DNA of 63,862 nt, the filler included. It is 5 parts of 5 records of this genome, joined end to end, with 100 filler letters (N's around TTAATTAATTAA, not from the genome) between each part and the next. Parts side by side here need not be neighbours in the genome. Positions count along the whole stretch, not along the records: positions 1 to 28,836 come from SRR31156797_4220; 4 more parts are not named here. One strand, 5' to 3'. The notes beneath the pieces are model-generated. The model ran no database searches and was not told the DNA's origin. It was given only the letters and a program-made list of their open reading frames with translations. The position numbers and the translations under genes are program-made. Positions 1 to 7,377 of the stretch are shown here, piece by piece. Each line of letters begins with the position of its first letter. Position 1 is the stretch's first letter.

Positions 1-35
1 GGCGGCCTGGAATTCCAGGCCGCCATTTTTATTTT
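1..35. terminator. GC-rich perfect hairpin, probable intrinsic terminator
   Basis: GGCGGCCTGG-AATT-CCAGGCCGCC followed by a T-rich tract; directly after the stop of the minus-strand M23 gene. Confidence 0.6.
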
Positions 36-719
36 TTAATTTTTTATGCCCAATAACGGAGCCGGGTCCGGGCAGATTTCATTGAATCGTGGCCAATCAT
101 TTCTCGAAGCAACTCCAGGGAAATCTCCGGAATTACCCAACATATCAGCCATAATCTGGAAATGCAAATGTGGAGGCCATGTACCGTTTTCATGTGCATC
201 GCCGGTTTCGGCGAACTTAACTCCCCGCTTTATTTTCATCCCGATGGTCAAACCATTTAAAGAATCAGCTGATAAATGGCCATATAGCGAAAAAAAAGAC
301 CTTCCTTCCAGCTGATGCTCCAGGATAATTGTCGGGCCATAATCTCCAAAATTGTCATTGACTTTAAAACTATGCACCTGAGCATCAAGTGGTGCTGAAA
401 TTGAAGTATATGCTTTGCTCCAGACATCAATCCCCAAATGAATGGTTCGTGCATCAGGACCACTCCCAAAATGCTTGCTTTTCCTGTAAATCAGGCGGTC
501 TTCACCATATCCGCCTATAGCGCAGTTCTTGTTGTTTTTTTGGATTTTGTTCCGGATATAATTTTGCAGGGCATCCGTACTCTGGATATCGAAATCATAC
601 AACTCGCGGTTGGAAACCGATAAATCCAAAGAAAAGGCATTTTGAGTATCCAGTGAGAAAGGTACAACCGGTGCAAAATATGGCCGGTGTTTGATAAGCA
701 TTTCCCGAAGATTGGACAT
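36..719 (-). CDS. Peptidase M23 family (DD-metalloendopeptidase-like) protein
   Basis: HLGID (HxxxD), LYGHL and PPHLHFQ (HxH) motifs; no obvious signal peptide. Confidence 0.85.
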   Translation of the reverse strand: MSNLREMLIKHRPYFAPVVPFSLDTQNAFSLDLSVSNRELYDFDIQSTDALQNYIRNKIQKNNKNCAIGGYGEDRLIYRKSKHFGSGPDARTIHLGIDVWSKAYTSISAPLDAQVHSFKVNDNFGDYGPTIILEHQLEGRSFFSLYGHLSADSLNGLTIGMKIKRGVKFAETGDAHENGTWPPHLHFQIMADMLGNSGDFPGVASRNDWPRFNEICPDPAPLLGIKN

Positions 720-722
720 AGG

Positions 723-1823
723 TCAGTTTTCGTATTTTCGATCCATAAATTTTGAATTGAGTAGCCTGGCCACAGCAATATAATTGGGATCCAAACAAAT
801 CATATCACCAACTTTGTATTTTTTCTTACCATTGCTATCCCGGTTTTTCCCCAGGTCAACAACAGTCATATCAGAGGTGATACCCACAAATTTAATATCC
901 GGATCATCGGCTGTAAGGCCTTCCTGGTCAACATCCAGCAAGCCGAAATCAAGAATAGCCTTGTAGGTTTTTTTACCAAGATCTGCATCTTCAAAATTTG
1001 CTGAGTGTCCGATATTGGCTTCAGAAATCACACCATCAGGAACGATATCCTTCTCTTCAAGTTCGATAATTTGGGTATAGAAATTAAAGGTATCCGTATT
1101 CAGATCCTGAAACTGCTTGTTATCCAATGGACTGGTACCAAAGAAAGCCGCTTCACCGATCCTGAAGTGGTTTATCCCCTTGGGTATTGTTTTATTCTCG
1201 ACCAATGGCAGGGTAATGGAACTTCCACCGGAAATAAGATTGAGTTTGGTACCATGTTTCAGTTCGATCAATTCACGGTAAAGATTAAGTTGCAATAATT
1301 TGTCGTAGGTGGGTTCGATCCCATACATACATCCCAGGTTACTTCCAATTCCAACCACTTCGATGTTTGCAAGGTTGAACACTTTTTCATAAAAGTTAGC
1401 CAGGCTTTGCCGGTTCACACCTTCACGCAACTCCCCCATCTCTATCATGATAATCACTTTATGGATCTTGCCCTGCTTCTGTGCTGCCACATTGAGTGCC
1501 TTAATGGTATCCAGAGATGAATTCAACGAAATATCGGCATATCTCACCACATCATCCACATAGGCCTTTGCGGGCGGTTTAATGTAAATGGTAATGAGAT
1601 CGCTATTGACTTCCCTGAGGTTTTTCAGGCTCGAAAGCCTTGAATCACCAACCGAATGAATGCCTTCGATAATATCCGGTGTGAGGATTTTTTTCATAAA
1701 CTCTTTATCACCTGAAAATACTTTCGTGATAAGGCTCCATTTAATATCATTTTCGCCAAGAAACTTATTGAGTTTCTTAATATTATTGCGAATTTCAGAT
1801 ACATTTATTTTTAATTCAGCCAT
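723..1823 (-). CDS. Alanine/ornithine racemase family PLP-dependent enzyme
   Basis: N-terminal PLP Lys (ITKV), GELREG, ISGGSS, HFRIGEA, SSD-like TSDM; start taken at MAELK. Confidence 0.85.
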   Translation of the reverse strand: MAELKINVSEIRNNIKKLNKFLGENDIKWSLITKVFSGDKEFMKKILTPDIIEGIHSVGDSRLSSLKNLREVNSDLITIYIKPPAKAYVDDVVRYADISLNSSLDTIKALNVAAQKQGKIHKVIIMIEMGELREGVNRQSLANFYEKVFNLANIEVVGIGSNLGCMYGIEPTYDKLLQLNLYRELIELKHGTKLNLISGGSSITLPLVENKTIPKGINHFRIGEAAFFGTSPLDNKQFQDLNTDTFNFYTQIIELEEKDIVPDGVISEANIGHSANFEDADLGKKTYKAILDFGLLDVDQEGLTADDPDIKFVGITSDMTVVDLGKNRDSNGKKKYKVGDMICLDPNYIAVARLLNSKFMDRKYEN

Positions 1824-2000
1824 TTTTATTCGGTTTTGGCAAGTTTGCAAACCACCATCATAAAGAAATACCGCACAACGACTTTGTAGAACTGTGCCAT
1901 TGCTCTGTATTTCCTATACTGCTATGTGTTGTAACAAACATGGATTACCGGGTTAAATCGGAGATAATCAGGTTGCCCGGCATGCTGTGGATATAATTAA

Positions 2001-2444
2001 TTATTTATTATCGTAACGCATTTCGGCATACTTGGATGTAAATCCGATTCGCTCGTAAAGTCGTTTTGCAGGGTTTTCATATTCAACATGGAGCTTCACA
2101 TTGCCATCAGCGTGCCTAAATGATTCTTCCACGATTTGACGTCCAAATCCTTTTCCACGATATGAGGCATCAACTGCCACATAAACAAGGATGTATTCAG
2201 GGATGTAACCGCTCATACCGGTTTTATTCATGATAAGTGCACCAACAAGTTTACCCTCGTAAAAGGCTGCGAGAGCATAGCCTCCTTCTGATTTTTCATG
2301 AGAAAAGGCATAATCCAAACATCTATCGATATCCTCCTTTGGGTCACCAAACTGATCTAAATGATGAAAAAGGAAATCAATAAATTCCTCCCGGTTTATT
2401 TGTTTAAAATCATTGTCATTTTTAATTAAACCAATTTCTAGCAT
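2001..2444 (-). CDS. GNAT N-acetyltransferase
   Basis: Motif A VAVDASYRGKGFG and motif B NPAKRLYERIGF; start taken at MLEIG. Confidence 0.9.
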   Translation of the reverse strand: MLEIGLIKNDNDFKQINREEFIDFLFHHLDQFGDPKEDIDRCLDYAFSHEKSEGGYALAAFYEGKLVGALIMNKTGMSGYIPEYILVYVAVDASYRGKGFGRQIVEESFRHADGNVKLHVEYENPAKRLYERIGFTSKYAEMRYDNK

Positions 2445-2540
2445 TTCTTTAGGTTTTTGTCGTTTCTGAAGTACGCTCAGCACGTCCAACACCATTTATA
2501 ACGATTAAATCGCTGTGTTGTTTATTGGTAAAAACAAATG

Positions 2541-2548
2541 CAAAGGTA
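2541..2548 (-). promoter_or_regulatory. Bacteroidota housekeeping -7 promoter element (TAnnTTTG)
   Basis: TACCTTTG on minus strand upstream of GNAT; the same motif occurs upstream of crp (3389-3396 -), GT2 (28081-28088 -) and secA (28194-28201 +). Confidence 0.55.
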
Positions 2549-2665
2549 CTAAATTTGAGCGAATCTATAATATTCAAGGGCCTTAGGGAGGCAATCGGAT
2601 GGCAGCAAATCAATTAAATATCAAGCGCTTAGCCACAGGCAAAAAAAGTTTGGGAGAGAGATGTT

Positions 2666-3364
2666 CTATCCAAGGGTACAAATCTTTCTGAGTCCATCCG
2701 GATTGGTGATTATAAAGGATTTCCCGTTAATTTCGATGAGTCCGTCTTTTTGAAAGCTCTTAAGTACCCTAACCACATTTTCGGTGGACATACCTGCCAG
2801 CTCTGCAAGTTCTTTTCGTGTAAGGCCCAAATCAAATTTTACAGCTTTAAAAATATTTCCGGCCAGGCAAAGCAGTAAATCTGCCAGGCGGCCATATGAC
2901 TGACGATGGGTCATAAAGAAAAACCGGTTGTTGATCTGGTTTGCATTCTCGCTCATGATATTGATAATTTTTGAAGCAAAAACACCATTTTCCCTGATGA
3001 GATATTTTAGGGTATTGATGTCGATGAGTCTCGCCATCGAATCCTGATAGGCCGAAACAGTATACCTGAAAGTATCCCCTTCATCAGACAACGCTGATAA
3101 ACCAATTATACTCCCCGGACCGATTATTTTCAGGATCAGGGTATCATTGTTATCTTCAAGGTACACTTTGGCCAGACCTTCACAAACCTGAATAACATGT
3201 GTAGCAAATGAACCATGCTTGGCAATCACCTCTCCTTTTTTATAAAATACTTCCACCTGCTTCTTCTCAACAAGCTCAAGCTGTTCGTCTGTTAAAACGT
3301 CAAAACATTTACAATGAGATGTTCTATCAACAGTACAGGTTTTATTAATGAGGTTGTTTTTCAT
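2666..3364 (-). CDS. Crp/Fnr family transcriptional regulator
   Basis: cNMP-like domain plus C-terminal HTH LTRKELAELAGMSTENVVRVLK; N-terminal Cys cluster (C..C.C). Confidence 0.9.
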   Translation of the reverse strand: MKNNLINKTCTVDRTSHCKCFDVLTDEQLELVEKKQVEVFYKKGEVIAKHGSFATHVIQVCEGLAKVYLEDNNDTLILKIIGPGSIIGLSALSDEGDTFRYTVSAYQDSMARLIDINTLKYLIRENGVFASKIINIMSENANQINNRFFFMTHRQSYGRLADLLLCLAGNIFKAVKFDLGLTRKELAELAGMSTENVVRVLKSFQKDGLIEINGKSFIITNPDGLRKICTLG

Positions 3365-3437
3365 ATTCACCTTTCCATTTTATTCACACAAAGATAAATA
3401 TTTCTGCAACGCAAAATATTAAATATCAAGCCTAATA

Positions 3438-3451
3438 TTGACGCAAATCAA
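3438..3451. promoter_or_regulatory. FNR/Crp-type operator
   Basis: TTGAC-GCAA-ATCAA, one mismatch to TTGAT-N4-ATCAA, between the divergent regulator and cytochrome genes. Confidence 0.65.
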
Positions 3452-3556
3452 TTATCAGCCGAACTAATATCAATAAAACCATAGCATTTGTCACCCATCG
3501 TATTGTTATTTTTGTAACAATGAAACTTAGCATAACAAACAATAAATATTTTATCT

Positions 3557-5176
3557 ATGAATAAGTTTGGAATTTTGTTCGTGGCGCTGTTTCTGCCTGT
3601 TTTTATTATCTCCGTACTGGGGTATGATAATGAAAAACAGGCAGTGACCAATGTTCCAAAAAGCGAACTAAAACTACAGAACTACACCTACAAAGAAAAA
3701 AGACACCCTCGCGAAGTCGTTAATCACAGCAAATTTGAAGAACTACAGCAGGAATTTGAAGATGCCCACAAAGTAACTGAAGCTTGCCTGGGATGTCACA
3801 CCGAACGGCATAAAGAAATTATGGAAACCGCGCACTGGCAATGGTCACGCGATGAAGTGATTGAAGGTAAAGGTGTGGTTTCGCTTGGAAAAAAGAATAT
3901 CCTGAACAACTTTTGCATCGGAATCAGTGGTAGTGAAGCAACATGTACAAGATGCCATATTGGGTATGGTTGGGCCGATAAATCATTTGATTTTAATGAA
4001 CCCACCAATATCGACTGTCTGGTATGTCACGATCAAACTGATACTTACCAAAAGGAGAAGGGGGCGGCAGGATATCCAAAAGCCAACGTGGATCTGAACC
4101 TGGTTGCAAGGAACGTTGGATCCCCAAGAAAAGAAAACTGCGGGGTATGCCACTTTTGGGGTGGTGGCGGAAACAATGTTAAACACGGCGATCTCGATAA
4201 ATCCATGCTTGATTGTTCGCGCGATGTGGATATACACATGACAACTGACGGTGAAGACATGTCGTGCATCGAATGTCACAAAACTGAAAATCACAACATC
4301 ACGGGTAAACTATATGCACTTTCCTCAGAAAACAAAAACCGTGTTTCATGTGAACAATGCCATGGCGAAAAACCTCATGATGACGACATTATTGATGAAC
4401 ACCTTTGTCGTGTGGCCTGCCAAACCTGTCATATCCCTTATTACGCCAAAGCCAATTCTACCAAGATGATCTGGGACTGGTCAACCGCAGGCGAGCTTGG
4501 GGATGATGGCCATGCAAAACACGAAAATGATGAAGATGGTAATCACAAATATTTATCCATCAAAGGTACATTTATCTGGGACGACCATGTTGTTCCTGAA
4601 TATTACTGGTTTAACGGCATTGCCAAACACCAGCAAATTGAAGATAAAATCGAATCTATCCCTGTTCAGATGAACTCACTTGACGGCAAATACATGGACA
4701 AAGGGATTTGTCAAAAATCAAAGAAACCGTCAAAAATCTGGCCGGTAAAGGTTCACCGCGGACGCCAGATTTATGATACCATAAACAAAACACTCATCCA
4801 ACCCAAATTATGGGCAAAAGAAGAAGGACAGGGTGCTTATTGGAAAGATTTTGATTGGGGTGTGGCTGCAAAAAAAGGGATGGATTATGTTGGCCTGCCA
4901 TATAGTGGTGCATACGATTTTGTTGAAACCGAAATGTACTGGCCGCTTAACCACCAGGTTGCTCCAGCCGACCAGTCTCTAACCTGTATCGAATGCCATA
5001 GTCGCGAAAATAGCCGTATTGCTTCGCTTGGCGACTTCTACCTACCCGGCCGCGATTACAACGCCGGCTTGGAAATCCTGGGTATCCTGCTTATCTTTTC
5101 TTCAATCATTGGCGTGCTGGTTCACGCTACCTGCCGCATCATTTCAGGGAAAAAATGTAAATTTAATCAGAACTAA
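3557..5176 (+). CDS. otr: Octaheme c-type cytochrome, tetrathionate reductase (Otr) family
   Basis: Eight CxxCH motifs (CLGCH, CTRCH, CLVCH, CGVCH, CIECH, CEQCH, CQTCH, CIECH), NNFCI and GGGGNNVKHGDL motifs, N- and C-terminal hydrophobic helices. Confidence 0.9.
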   Translation: MNKFGILFVALFLPVFIISVLGYDNEKQAVTNVPKSELKLQNYTYKEKRHPREVVNHSKFEELQQEFEDAHKVTEACLGCHTERHKEIMETAHWQWSRDEVIEGKGVVSLGKKNILNNFCIGISGSEATCTRCHIGYGWADKSFDFNEPTNIDCLVCHDQTDTYQKEKGAAGYPKANVDLNLVARNVGSPRKENCGVCHFWGGGGNNVKHGDLDKSMLDCSRDVDIHMTTDGEDMSCIECHKTENHNITGKLYALSSENKNRVSCEQCHGEKPHDDDIIDEHLCRVACQTCHIPYYAKANSTKMIWDWSTAGELGDDGHAKHENDEDGNHKYLSIKGTFIWDDHVVPEYYWFNGIAKHQQIEDKIESIPVQMNSLDGKYMDKGICQKSKKPSKIWPVKVHRGRQIYDTINKTLIQPKLWAKEEGQGAYWKDFDWGVAAKKGMDYVGLPYSGAYDFVETEMYWPLNHQVAPADQSLTCIECHSRENSRIASLGDFYLPGRDYNAGLEILGILLIFSSIIGVLVHATCRIISGKKCKFNQN

Positions 5177-5190
5177 AACAACCCGAAATC

Positions 5191-5910
5191 ATGAAAAAAG
5201 TATATCTATACAAAGGATTCGAACGCTTCTGGCACTGGTCGCAGGCTATTCTGGTGTTCACACTAATCCTCACCGGATTTGAAATACACAGCTCATACAC
5301 CCTTTTTGGATTTGAAACTTCGGTAGAAATCCATAACATTGCCGCATGGTCGTTTTTGGTATTGACAGTGTTCACCATTTTCTGGGATATTACGACAGGC
5401 GAATGGAAACAGTATTTACCAACCAGCAAAAACCTCAAGGCACAAATTCAGTTTTACCTGTCGGGAATATTTAAAAATGCACCTCACCCTTCCGGGAAAA
5501 GTATTTTGAGTAAGCTAAACCCATTGCAACGTATTGTGTATGGCGGGTTAAAAATCATGGTTTTCCCGGTGATGTTCATTACCGGATTTCTGTATTATTT
5601 TTTCCATTTTCCACTTCAGGGTTTTGAACTTGAGAGTCTTGAGACCATTGCGATTCTGCATACATTAGGCGCATTTACTGTTGTGGCCTTCACAATTATT
5701 CACCTCTATCTGATCACAACAGGACGTACGCTCACGTCGAACCTCAGGGCCATGATTACAGGTTGGGAGGAAGTAGACGATACTGAATCGCGCCATATCG
5801 AAGAGGAAATTCTTGCAGGTTCACGCATCTTATTGAAGCCTGCTGTTGAAAAAAAGAAGAAAAAAACCATCGTAAAAAAACCGGTCGAAGTCATGAACTC
5901 AAAAGCATAA
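5191..5910 (+). CDS. Membrane cytochrome b (PhsC/hydrogenase b-type)
   Basis: ERFWHW motif, four TM segments with His ligands, NPLQR, AMITGW. Confidence 0.85.
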   Translation: MKKVYLYKGFERFWHWSQAILVFTLILTGFEIHSSYTLFGFETSVEIHNIAAWSFLVLTVFTIFWDITTGEWKQYLPTSKNLKAQIQFYLSGIFKNAPHPSGKSILSKLNPLQRIVYGGLKIMVFPVMFITGFLYYFFHFPLQGFELESLETIAILHTLGAFTVVAFTIIHLYLITTGRTLTSNLRAMITGWEEVDDTESRHIEEEILAGSRILLKPAVEKKKKKTIVKKPVEVMNSKA

Positions 5911-5929
5911 ACCAAAAAATAAAATCAAA

Positions 5930-6451
5930 ATGAAAAAAATTGGAAGTTTATTTTTATTCGGAATGATGGCCACATTAATCATGCTGCCATCATGCTCCAA
6001 AGAAAAAATCTATAACTCAGCCGATGAGTGGGTTGCTGAAGTTAAAAGCAACATGAAAGCTGTAGCCGTTGAAGAACTCAAACAGAAAATTGACGATTAT
6101 GAGATGTTCTACTTGATTGACGTTCGTGAACCCATGGAACATTATCCCGGATTTATCCCCGGAGCAATCAATGTGCCCGGCGGTGTATTGATATTTAAAA
6201 TGGCAAACGACGAGTTCTGGGAAGAACAAATGTCTTACACACCAACCAAAGAAGACGAAATTATTGTTTTCTGTAAAAAAGGTAAACGCTCAGTTATGGC
6301 TGCTGATCAACTCCTAAAACTGGGTTTTACAAACGTGAAATTCCTCGATGGCGGTTGGAAAAAATGGGAACTGACCTATCCGTTGGAATACGATAAAGCA
6401 CTGGAGAAAATGGGTGGTCATGAACCTGAAGGTGAAGTTGGCGGATGTTAA
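5930..6451 (+). CDS. Rhodanese-like lipoprotein (sulfurtransferase)
   Basis: Lipobox-like LPSC; LIDVRE, IPGAINVP, active loop CKKGKRS, LDGGW. Confidence 0.85.
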   Translation: MKKIGSLFLFGMMATLIMLPSCSKEKIYNSADEWVAEVKSNMKAVAVEELKQKIDDYEMFYLIDVREPMEHYPGFIPGAINVPGGVLIFKMANDEFWEEQMSYTPTKEDEIIVFCKKGKRSVMAADQLLKLGFTNVKFLDGGWKKWELTYPLEYDKALEKMGGHEPEGEVGGC

Positions 6452-6471
6452 ATATTTAAAACCAAAAAATT

Positions 6472-6696
6472 ATGAAAGCAACAATTATTAAGTATTCGCT
6501 CTTGTTACCGCTGATCTTGTTCTTAATCTGGACAGGCTTATCGGTTTTCGGATGTATTTCCTGCTTTTTTGAAGTGGGAGATGATTTTTACTGTACAAAA
6601 TACTGTATGGTATCAAAGATCACAATTACGCTGATTCTGCTAACATATGTAATCTTTTTTGCTAGGGCGGTTTATGTTGCCAGGCAGCATAGATAA
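6472..6696 (+). CDS. Small two-TM Cys-containing membrane protein
   Basis: 74 aa, two hydrophobic helices, loop with CISC and CTKYC; co-oriented in the operon. Confidence 0.6.
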   Translation: MKATIIKYSLLLPLILFLIWTGLSVFGCISCFFEVGDDFYCTKYCMVSKITITLILLTYVIFFARAVYVARQHR

Positions 6697-6885
6697 GCGG
6701 ATGAAGGCATATTTGAAATGAAAGGAGTGAGCCCGGCAGTTAGTTTGGCCGTTTCTATAATCCCATTCAGATTATAGAACATAATTCTAACACCTGAATT
6801 ATCCTTTTTAAAATCAGAAATGGGATTTAATATCCCGTATTGTATGCCTTTGTATTGTTTAGGTCAGTTGGATGAGGGAGTGTTA

Positions 6886-6926
6886 AACCAAAACCGGGAG
6901 CAACACTTTTATAAGCGTTGCCCCCG
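6886..6926 (-). terminator. Probable minus-strand intrinsic terminator
   Basis: 14-bp stem whose two A-C mismatches on + become G-U pairs on -; followed by TTTTGGTTT on -. Confidence 0.5.
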
Positions 6927-7250
6927 ATAAAAACCTAATGACAGAAGGAATGGGTGTTATTGATGTTTACAGAAGCGAATCAGCCTGGCTGATTGTGCAA
7001 TATTTCAGCTACCGGGGTCCTAGCTTGACCATGTTCAGACAGTAAGCAGAGTATTGAGGAGTTCAAACTAGTAAAAAGTAGTTTGGCTAAGCTATGATAT
7101 AGTCCCCCCGGAATAATAAATCAACTGGTTTCGATTTCTCTTCCAACCACTTAACACAAGCAGTTATATGAAAAAAAAATGTAGCAGTTTGAAAAAGCAT
7201 CAACAAAAGAACGAGGATATAAGAAAGTGGCAACATCCACCCAAAACCTT
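6886..7250 (-). ncRNA. Candidate ECF-sigma-dependent small RNA
   Basis: Region without a long ORF between an ECF-type promoter (7256-7285) and a terminator; several hairpins. Confidence 0.4.
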
Positions 7251-7255
7251 TCTAT

Positions 7256-7285
7256 TAAGACGCAGTTAAATCAATTGGTTGCCTG
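7256..7285 (-). promoter_or_regulatory. ECF sigma promoter motif, copy 1
   Basis: CAGGCAACC-N15-GTCTTA on minus strand; matches the copies upstream of the PKD gene and the sigma gene. Confidence 0.65.
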
Positions 7286-7310
7286 AAAAACAACCATTTC
7301 CCCCCACAAA

Positions 7311-7345
7311 CAAGAAACCGGTTTCTTTCAGCAAGAAACCGGTTC
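7311..7345 (-). terminator. Terminator of the PKD gene
   Basis: AACCGGTTTCTT-tcagc-AAGAAACCGGTT hairpin with T-rich tail on minus strand. Confidence 0.6.
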
Positions 7346-7377
7346 AAATTATACGATCAGGATTTGATATTGAAAAG

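Noticed and set aside
1968-1980. Extra GCAACC hexamers (about 1971-1976 on -, about 20930 on +) as ECF promoters
   Set aside because: No GTC(T/A)TA element at 15-16 nt spacing
6440-6451. Selenocysteine at the rhodanese C-terminus
   Set aside because: Codons are TGT then TAA, not TGA
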